Part shown: positions 20,701-25,207 of the stretch, piece by piece
How the letters are laid out: the number at the start of each line of letters is the position of its first letter
Position numbering within the stretch: position 1 is the first letter of the stretch
Assembly: GCA_013416795.1 (NCBI GenBank)
Contig: RQSC01000663.1
Location: 24,714 to 49,920 of the forward strand
Direction: 5' to 3'
Source: Prasinococcaceae sp. CCMP 1430
Taxonomy: Eukaryota > Plantae > Prasinodermophyta
DNA: 25,207 nt
Made by a program: the position numbers and the translations under genes
The notes under the pieces: generated by a model
What the model saw: only the letters and a program-made list of their open reading frames with translations
Databases searched by the model: none
Told to the model about the DNA's origin: nothing

Positions 20701-20923
20701 CCTCGCCGTCGGACGGCTCGCTGCAGCTGTCGGGCACCGTCCCCACGTCGTCCTCGCCGCCTCGCGGCGCCCCCACGCCCCCCCCCTGCGCCAGACGCAG
20801 CAGGACGCAGACTGCAGCTGACCCCGCCGCCGCCACGCGCGCGCGCGCGCGCGCCGCGCGCGCGCTCTGGCAGCGCCTCTGCCGAAAATTCGCGCGCTTT
20901 CGCGCGCGTTCGAGCCGCGCCAT
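11717..20923 (-). CDS. ~3,070-aa multidomain nuclear protein: 3x extended PHD (zf-HC5HC2H), zf-4CXXC_R1, then a Mus7/MMS22-like helical solenoid; start uncertain
   Basis: A 9.2-kb stop-free frame with recognisable domains spread through it. First ATG at 20923 (the track's 20926 start is TTG). The first ~50 codons look like (GC)n non-coding or intron sequence, so the true start may be a small upstream exon. Confidence 0.85.
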   Translation of the reverse strand: MARLERARKRANFRQRRCQSARAARARARVAAAGSAAVCVLLRLAQGGGVGAPRGGEDDVGTVPDSCSEPSDGEEGGGGGTRKRRRRRGSGAHRAARRGEAAVEAGGKRPRLPRTSEDGRDEQQHGDTDRQPPLEAVDVLERPGQLEQQSMQQPRDPREARERQQQEELQQPPTCTGSEATTEASMEGTDASPPGSPSAEAALPAGTAAARAGVAAAVPALASAPASAQRRSAAAARRASPLPAEDTCELCGARATKARPIVVVEGVRVHEDCAEWCPEAYLNEDDQLVNVARAVKRASKLRCAHCNTTGAPLKCLRKGCGRTFHLKCVEPSGGMLDKDTFTARCSRHRVKEAPTCELCLEKGTSERPLGEFEGKRLHADCAEWCPEAYLNEDDQLVNVAKSVARAKKLGCAYCQKPGAALGCSRKGCPASFHLMCVEASGGLLQKQRFTARCEQHALPRVREQEMRERREAEDAGGADDPASVEPDDGSGGVDQELLAWPLQPPAPLPASQPPRRTPPRRAFKKRCAAVGLQEDSSEDDDVPLAQRPRGPKSTPSAAPQQRRLVAAAAAAQQQSLQAGLGDEGSNGNEQDVQRSREPQAANTAGEEQNVPPHPVLPPKTTSPARETSTGAGLDDSSSEDDAAPLFALRRAPAAPQERTLPTQDVSASPHQRAGVGSEKVTSGGRSVEPTCVLCMGHGTRERPLLNHGGKHVHEDCAEWCPQAYWKDGRLVGLRAEIQRAMELECAHCKKRGAALGCSCEACPKSFHLMCVERSGGVLLRDEYLARCKEHAPQLVRDREKQRRIETETQDEEEAWRPDVENDESSTDEEGMSLAQLVRQNRAGAQRDPGRAQPQAEQARLSLAPPQKKQRTKQAIPPPRRPPAPRARPPSPTATMASPAAALALTSRLPVGTALDAEPWYEVEDIDYGPAAALTILRQSMRAYARAVPRRSNGRARVPDFLAVFRRSMRHAAARGNEGAARRFAKPVLQFEDGPLLTEGQQREQKRRRDLRRQARQQERQGREDTRQQRRQQQQQQLLHAAAGGSSGAGALGFDIDTEVDVARGRYIAPRAGEADRSTVRQGVLDPILGTTCHFCRQKMTCGEPGCPRCEGGNANAECVGHSNCSRCSSALGTFCSRCLVVRFGLSLREARAADWVCPTCYEEEHPDDFWLCNCSFCMRRRGMKPLGLQIYNATKRGYRSVADHLQAQLVALRTKLEASDANGQTWNAAKVWKYIRRRANAQNVEVELPQPPRAGAAIVRPRAEPTEHNARAAPRIGDGGSGSASKSQRAPARNVASDSSQQTPGPSRAHARTVLQPIGQQVRGRRHATSPAMRTPAIGGPEKVRDGGAGSSARQPSTGPRRVQLIDSSDDDDESPARILRPPTRAGINHRVAASGEMSGNIGAGASREHGQMRVHTGTPSASATPQGERVVGLARQGAIRLRTPGTAPRLQRRPRVVRTPQQQSARLGRILLRLADRGAGVDSGDEGSTRSASFGLGGAPRSRRLALGRTRRLGEGSAPLTPARGWAAAPASSRSRRKAPRPHKNTCMCTRCKCRRPWAQKAKRTHDDALADTESDASDDSDDLVTGAQTASDAIEDIDWDDGGFGDDLGGDGDNSAWHGDFGRGIGQQPSVIPGSTTEAIAARTQNPDASNRSRSIQAGVAVLPRPLPTDMESYFAIAKDLFSGRIPVVEPSGQSAEEAAECVQHAIADIDTSVDLVWRSYDYSEKSRELVSKIASAIAVSDAAGGAGFWQTVQAAAFASLDVVTTPEDKALVAERAWASCMYIAPLYHALADVRCSDGRTNGSVQRHCWPLVQRLLETSPAFQNPAFEGMRAAGGRMGAFVRLGHARERYASAVLKRVAGLARLWKGNGSVNVAVTAWSQLQRAASAAGGQDADVSSCCEGVPDFVMSALRCCPQSSGPSGLANLRPCACALQLVSSAIAPPGAGVQRSVRASSRFLQMLRAPSAGGHGRGARVGSLAELRHSVQLCAVLAASLPAAQWNTVMHCMINLVPFEHADRGGREVLLSGLLALARIVGTSAVLSRTQTDVNASMGAAKAVSGQINKALDKLTHEHDAHAALAKGDTDMPGGGLAATPFQTAAHGAVARWSLSSGGETITGDGQLPAWVIASRRRTKAREAALDAAEAASALKGALNAIAAALPRTAPVPESMPRDAAAYAAACASAAAGASLRALFVTSALGSLLSPPAHVGEGVSRPPEVSAAAARALAAALTLPQPPAAPEPQQSALLGGGGYDHEGESPDADPNDMDAMMEQACRRAERDKAMKEEYYAGLVESLHPFLQACRELAKAAKEHCSGPLDRAFRLAASASAQAARPGASPAARRQAADRLESTAAAVAALEWLMIRTGLRDWKDFIAAYGPRSHWAEPGLWEARQAPMRVLLSVLWRRADDAEASANVGPVERTAAPPPVPTDVAWELTAAWLAACVDPFVTVQRELAAVLSRTPPTSALFAGISDIGAEGGGSSWQAAPRALRVPDVSWRRESAAAVLKRVAERSRLMGNQGRSAARRALQGVPAAVMAGGKALAKSSLQLQDGAVYATVSLGVIAAAAAELGAPLHSGDGDAASGASVLVPLLDKALSMRGMLHAALVRLIQSTLANDLACMVQADVSSALTTVAGLDGWKGSAGLLRFVVGVVDAVLVALASSDAGSEAAGRARAEAGALARALASSGVPPDMLQFVAGCATVAWYKRAVVGANAKLCAAQAACAVFQFVRVCLAAAQEASPALDRSVPLLSPLLPFVVNALRGCPVEGVHVPHPHSLALDTAAFDFMASGEVQRTLGGMPEPVRFKFHNCTFAKSIAAISRACANHPQLAQGPVPDAQAGAEGLGDADELMAMSNAVLAATASILPNIGIRPMRPPPLYNEASRLAVATNKMAAGSDWGTLVPAADSANAGVAYQDQVRAVGAYLSACATRVDGTWLGEQLGGVFVGVRGMVSLSYALNNAGLLGAAGAPVAGQAAAGGGGGAGAAGVVGAGGGGVPNANAAADANAATGAAGVLHRARLVAVGMSSASYVAALRGDGFAASAAARATVAPKTSRWQRELLAV
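14800..15910 (-). other. Mus7/MMS22-like conserved core (helical solenoid continues to the C-terminus)
   Basis: The block order matches my recollection of the Mus7/MMS22 family: ERAWASCMYIAPL, HCWPLVQRLLE, YASAVLKRVAGLARLW, EGVPDFV, LAELRHSVQLCAVLAASLP, then INLVPFEHADRGGREVLLSGLLALAR. Recognised by eye only. Confidence 0.5.
17310..17700 (-). other. zf-4CXXC_R1 (CDCA7/R1-type) zinc finger
   Basis: DPILGTTCHFCRQK...GTFCSRCLVVRFG...WVCPTC...CNCSFCMRRRG..PLG....ATKRGYRSVADHL matches the CDCA7 pattern CHQCRQK / GQFC..CL..RYG / W.CP.C / CNCSFC / G..L...A...G...V..YL. Confidence 0.9.
18554..18853 (-). other. Extended PHD finger 3 (zf-HC5HC2H)
   Basis: CVLC...HVHEDCAEWCPQAYW...CAHCKKRGAALGCSCEACPKSFHLMC...RCKEH. 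Confidence 0.88.
19556..19858 (-). other. Extended PHD finger 2 (zf-HC5HC2H), tandem duplicate of finger 1
   Basis: CELC...LHADCAEWCPEAYLNEDDQLVNVA...CAYC...GAALGCSRKGCPASFHLMC...RCEQH. Confidence 0.88.
19880..20182 (-). other. Extended PHD finger 1 (zf-HC5HC2H)
   Basis: CELC...VHEDCAEWCPEAY...CAHC...GAPLKCLRKGCGRTFHLKC...RCSRH. Confidence 0.88.
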
Positions 20924-21104
20924 CAAAACGCACGCGGGCGCGCACGAGCCGGAATCGCATGGCGACGCGCGGACAGCGTACAGATCCAGGGATCTGAATG
21001 GACCCTATATAGATCTAACCCTACATGCGACCATGCGTGCGTACTGTACCGTAACTGCCGCACCACCGCGCGCGGCCGTTTCTCGGCGCGCCGGCGTTGG
21101 GCAC

Positions 21105-21131
21105 GGGGGTGGGGGGTGGGGGGTGGGGGTG
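21105..21131 (+). repeat. (G5-6T)x4 G-quadruplex-forming motif
   Basis: GGGGGT GGGGGGT GGGGGGT GGGGGT G, followed by a single N at 21133. Confidence 0.85.
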
Positions 21132-21133
21132 NC

Positions 21134-22088
21134 CACCGAAACAGAGCACGAGCGCTGGACACCGCCGCCCCGGGCAGATCGTCTGGGCACACGAGCACTG
21201 CAGAGGCGGGCTTGAGTTGCGCCGCCGTGGCGAGAGCAACCTGGCAGCCGTGCTCAAGGCCGAGTTCTCGTGCGCCGGCCTGGGCGTGCGCGTGATCGAG
21301 CTCGGCCAGGCCCCTGCGAGCGCGCCTGACGCCGCACGCGCGGCAGCCGAGGCAGCGCTCGCACCGCGCTCGCCGCTGGGAGGCTGGGTGTCGAACCTGC
21401 TCAGGCGCGACGGCGCGGTCACCGTCGAGCCCTGGCTCGACATCGCCGCGGAGCTCACCGTCGAGTGGGACGGCGAGGGCGTGCTCCAGGGTGTGTCGGT
21501 ACCTATCGTTGAGAGCATGCGGTGGCAGGGGCAGTGGGTGGGTTGCGGCGGCGGTGCGGCGCGCGCCGCGCTGGCAGACGACATTGCCCGCTTCGTCTAC
21601 GACGACAGCGGCGTGGAGCGGGCGCTGGGGGCGCTGAACATACCAGCGACCTGTGGCGTCCCGCCAGGCTCGAGATGCGGCGCCGACGTCGCTGTCTTGC
21701 GCGCCGCCTCCGCCGATGGGGCAGAGAGCTCGCAGAACGGGTTCGAGGTCGTCGTGCTCGAAGGTGCTGCGCCAGTCGATCGCGCCTCGACGCGATGCGC
21801 GCGATGCAGCGCGCTCTCACCCGGTTAGCGGGAGCGCGTCAGCGTCGATGGCGAGCACTCGTCCCGCCCCGCGCTGACGCGGCTCGCCCCCCCTCGCCTC
21901 GCCGCGAAGTGAACGCGCGCACCACCATGTCCCACTACGCTGCGGCGGCGGTTGCGCGCCTTGGCGGGGGCGAGTACAGCCGCTTCGAGGTGTTGCGCGC
22001 CGCGGATGTGCGGCTAGGACGGGACGGGGTCGTGTGCCTCACCGACCCAGAGACCGCCGAAGCCTTCTGTGCCGTGCTGCGGCGCTAG
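21134..22088 (+). CDS. ATP-grasp fold protein of bacterial type, 5'-incomplete; exons ..21763 and 21910..22088
   Basis: Spliced reading gives VLKAEFSCAGLG (lysine and glycine loop), VTVEPWLDIAAELTVEW, RCGADVAV and VVVLE|VNARTTMSHY (the E-x-N-x-R metal-binding motif), ending VCLTDPETAEAFCAVL. No start codon is found 3' of the N at 21133. Confidence 0.72.
21764..21909 (+). other. Spliceosomal intron in ATP-grasp gene (146 nt, phase 1)
   Basis: GTGCTG donor, GCTGAC at 21873-21878, and GAAG acceptor. Removal fuses GAA G|TG AAC GCG CGC (E-V-N-A-R) and joins track ORFs 21097..21828 and 21522..22088. Confidence 0.82.
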
Positions 22089-22351
22089 TCCAAGCCGCGC
22101 GCCGGACAGGCGCTCCGCATCGTAGAGATGGGAGCGGCAGCAACGGAGCACTCTGTAGTACTGTAGCTAGCTAGCTAGCTGGATAGCGAGCCGACGTGTA
22201 GTTAGGCGCGCAGCCGCTGGTCCAGGGAGGACGAGTGTGTCGTGGTGCACTTATTAATGGATGTTAGGGCCCCGCTAGAGGCCCCGGTGCGCTTCGATGT
22301 GCGCTATGCTGCCCAAGTGGTCGCTGCCGGGCATAAACCCCTGCGCGGTCC

Positions 22352-23595
22352 TCATGAGTGAGCGGCGCTCACGAGCGTGATCTGCTCCGGCGGCGTGATA
22401 GCGCTCACGTTCTTGAATTTCTGCGACGCGTACTTCTCGCGGATGGCCACCAGGTTGCTCTTGGGCGAGTCCTTGTACAGGCGGTGCAGCGCCTCGATGC
22501 ACGGCTCGAGCTCCTTGAGGCTATACCCGGTGTAGTGGGCGATGGTCGGGCTCCACGCAACGCGCTTGTTGGTGAAGTTGGCCAGGAAGACGCACGCCGC
22601 CGCGATTTGGCTCGGGAGGAACTGCAGGAACTTGACGTCGACGAGGGTGAGCTCGCACAGGTAGTTCGCCAGCAGCTCGGTCTTGGGGTCGGCCTCCGAG
22701 CTCTTAATAAAGCGCCGCAGGAAGTGCTTGGGGGTGGGAGCGGTCAGCTCGAAGCCCAGCAGGTCCAGAATCTTGCGCTCCATCTGAATCACCTCGTTGC
22801 GCGTGTATGTGTTGTCAGTGATGTACACGAACTCGTCGACCTGCGGCGCGTAAATCTCCTCGTACTTCGCAGCGACGAGCATGCACGACACGCCCACGAG
22901 CTGCAGCCTGCTTCGCTGCACCTGGAACTTGGACAGCACGCGGTCGATGTAATTCACCGACAGGTACAGCGTGTCCGACACCAGCTTGTACTCCTCAGCC
23001 ACCTCCACCAGCCAGTCCACCAGGATGCTCCTCATCTGCGAGTTGATGTCCTGCTGCGTGCCGTCCTCCATGTACGCGGCAGACGGGCGCCGCGTCTGCT
23101 CCGTCTCGCGCAGATGTTTGTAGATCTCGGCGACGTACTTGGTGCAGTACTCCGGGTCGTTCACATGCGCACGGTCGATGTCCTTCACGTCATCGCCCTT
23201 CGGCGCCGGCTCTGCGCGTGCCGAGGCGCGGCGGCGAGTGCGGCGTGCGGATGCGCGTTTTCGCGGCGCGAGCGCGGACGGCGCGGACAGTTCAAATGTC
23301 AGCTGCCTGCAACAGCGAGGGCGCGAGGCAGCCGCGGCGACGCGGGGTGGGGAGGGGCCCGCACGAGAGCGGCAGGCACGCCACCGGCACGGACGTGCCC
23401 CCTCGCGAGTGAACGGGACGCACGCGCGCCACGCGCGCGCGCGCCCGCTCCGCGGCCGCGACGAACGGGCAAGGGGCGCAGCTTTCGGGCGAGCACCGCA
23501 CGTGCGGGGCGCGCGCGCGCACCTCCCGGTTCCCCCACGCGCTGCTGCTTGGCGCGCGTCGCCGCGCGCGTCACTGGGCCCTTCACCAGGCTCGC
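22352..23595 (-). CDS. CYCA: Cyclin A (plant-type); main exon 23211..22352, preferred upstream exon 23595..23523, start unresolved
   Basis: Cyclin box MRSILVDWLVEVAEEYKLVSDTLYLSVNYIDR, LQLVGVSCMLVAAKYEEIYAP, FVYITDNTY and A-type C-terminus AIREKYASQKFKNVS. A phase-1 intron 23522..23212 (GTGCGC...CACGCAG, CTGAC near 23290) joins ASLVKGPVTRAATRAKQQRVGEPG to EPAPKGDDVKDID. Confidence 0.93.
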
Positions 23596-23751
23596 CTTTT
23601 GATCGAGGACGCGGGCGCGGGCGGGGGGGAGGGGGCACCGCGCGCAGGGGAAGGGAGGGCATCATTAAGCGGCGCTCGTGGTGTTGCGGCGGAGCAACAC
23701 GCCGTCCGCGACGCGCGGCGGCGGCGCAGCGCCTGGGCCGGCACGGTTGCC

Positions 23752-23759
23752 AACCCTAA
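23752..23759 (+). promoter_or_regulatory. Telo-box-like AACCCTAA
   Basis: Single match to the plant telomere-repeat core, upstream of the cyclin A coding exons. One copy could be chance. Confidence 0.25.
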
Positions 23760-23814
23760 AGCGACTCCTCTTTCCCCCCCTTTTTCAATCTCGGGCGCCG
23801 CCAGCGCTCCGCAC

Positions 23815-23939
23815 CTGCTGTACAGCTCGCGCTGCGCCTGGTGCAGCTCGCCAGCAGCAGAGGCGAAGCCTGCCGCCTGCGCCTGGCGCACCGCCTGCGC
23901 TGCCGGGCTCGCGGCGCGTGACAGCGCGCGTCGCAGCAT
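23815..23939 (-). CDS. Orphan coding exon resembling a mitochondrial presequence (MLRRALSRAASPAAQAVRQAQAAGFASAAGELHQAQRELYS)
   Basis: GCC-ATG context, GC3-rich codons, Arg/Ala/Ser-rich N-terminus with no acidic residue before GFASAA, and an AG|GTGCGG donor at 23814. The downstream exon is not established. Confidence 0.5.
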
Positions 23940-24011
23940 GGCTCTGCTGCGCTGCCCGGGGGGGCGCCCCGCCCCGTGCGCGCTGACTGGTGCGACGCTG
24001 CCCCCCCCCCC

Positions 24012-24587
24012 NNNNNNNNNNNNNNNNNNNNNNNNNNNNNNNNNNNNNNNNNNNNNNNNNNNNNNNNNNNNNNNNNNNNNNNNNNNNNNNNNNNNNNNNN
24101 NNNNNNNNNNNNNNNNNNNNNNNNNNNNNNNNNNNNNNNNNNNNNNNNNNNNNNNNNNNNNNNNNNNNNNNNNNNNNNNNNNNNNNNNNNNNNNNNNNNN
24201 NNNNNNNNNNNNNNNNNNNNNNNNNNNNNNNNNNNNNNNNNNNNNNNNNNNNNNNNNNNNNNNNNNNNNNNNNNNNNNNNNNNNNNNNNNNNNNNNNNNN
24301 NNNNNNNNNNNNNNNNNNNNNNNNNNNNNNNNNNNNNNNNNNNNNNNNNNNNNNNNNNNNNNNNNNNNNNNNNNNNNNNNNNNNNNNNNNNNNNNNNNNN
24401 NNNNNNNNNNNNNNNNNNNNNNNNNNNNNNNNNNNNNNNNNNNNNNNNNNNNNNNNNNNNNNNNNNNNNNNNNNNNNNNNNNNNNNNNNNNNNNNNNNNN
24501 NNNNNNNNNNNNNNNNNNNNNNNNNNNNNNNNNNNNNNNNNNNNNNNNNNNNNNNNNNNNNNNNNNNNNNNNNNNNNNNNNNNNNNN
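24012..24587. other. Assembly gap (576 N) after a poly-C run
   Basis: N run beginning after C x11-12. Confidence 0.99.
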
Positions 24588-25120
24588 GCCCCGCCCGCTC
24601 CCTCCTCGCCACGCCCTCCGCCGCCTGCGCCTCCGTCGCGCGCCACAGCGGCCGCGCCGGGCGCACGCGCTGTGAGCCCACCCTCCCCCCGCAGCAGCAG
24701 GCCCGCGGCGCTGCGGCCCGCTCGCTCCCGGCCGCTCCTTTCCCCCCCTTTCATTTTAACCATGGCCAGAAATGCGATCAAAATGCATCGCACGAGAGCC
24801 GGCCCAGTCTGGCTGGGAGCCTGCGTGGCACGCCGCCGCCGCGCCCCCCCCGCAACGCCGCCGCGCCCCATCAAAACCAAAGCGCGAGGCCAACAGGTCC
24901 CAACGGTCACCTCTCGCGTCGTGGAGACCTCATCACACGGCGTCACACTCGCCACAAACGAAACGCTCGATAATGGTTGTGTCGTTCAAAAAGCACGCGG
25001 AGAGAGGATCAGCGCACCCACGGGCGAGCACTCCTGGGCGCTCCGAATTTTTGTTGGCGCAGGAATGGTATCGCGGGATGCGTTCGCGCGGCGCGGGGGA
25101 CGCTAGAACGCGCGCGCCAC

Positions 25121-25121
<1 letters not shown>

Positions 25122-25166
<45 letters not shown>
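25122..25166 (+). repeat. 45-nt pure poly(A) tract
   Basis: Directly visible homopolymer in otherwise GC-rich sequence. Confidence 0.97.
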
Positions 25167-25169
<3 letters not shown>

Positions 25170-25207
25170 GCACCCGCAGGCGCACGGGAGCGAGCAGCGC
25201 AGCGGGG

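Noticed and set aside
12057-21215. Many plus-strand ORFs (e.g. 12492..13889, 15380..16573, 19353..21215) opposite the giant gene
   Set aside because: Antisense shadows expected at this GC content; no motifs or independent splice signals.
22163-22182. (CTAG)n/(TAGC)n short palindromic repeat between convergent 3' ends
   Set aside because: A three- to four-unit microsatellite with no further structure.
23599-25106. Long ORFs spanning the third N gap
   Set aside because: Same artefact; no recognisable protein on either side apart from the 23939..23815 exon.
1-25207. CRISPR arrays, rRNA/tRNA genes, transposase or reverse-transcriptase ORFs
   Set aside because: No regularly spaced direct repeats, structural RNA signatures or transposon protein motifs were seen; the DNA is eukaryotic.

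Overview
This is eukaryotic, very GC-rich, gene-dense genomic DNA with short GT-AG spliceosomal introns (often with a GCTGAC branch-like site) and three assembly gaps. The gene content (SnRK2-like kinase, plant-type cyclin A, plant-type zinc fingers) points to a green alga; that assignment is inference. From left to right: a 5'-incomplete SnRK2-like kinase (+), ORC2 (+), a type II membrane GT60+GT31 glycosyltransferase fusion (-), a CBS-less prokaryote-type CLC Cl-/H+ transporter (+), a ~3,070-aa ORF (-), a 5'-incomplete bacterial-type ATP-grasp gene with a spliceosomal intron (+), cyclin A (-), an orphan exon resembling a mitochondrial presequence, and a 45-nt poly(A) run. The most interesting object is the ~3,070-aa protein. 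It has three extended PHD fingers resembling those of plant BRCA1/BARD1, a CDCA7-type zf-4CXXC_R1 finger, and a long helical C-terminus that I read as Mus7/MMS22-like. It could therefore couple reading of hemimethylated, newly replicated DNA to homologous recombination. All family calls come from motif recognition by eye; no database searches were run.
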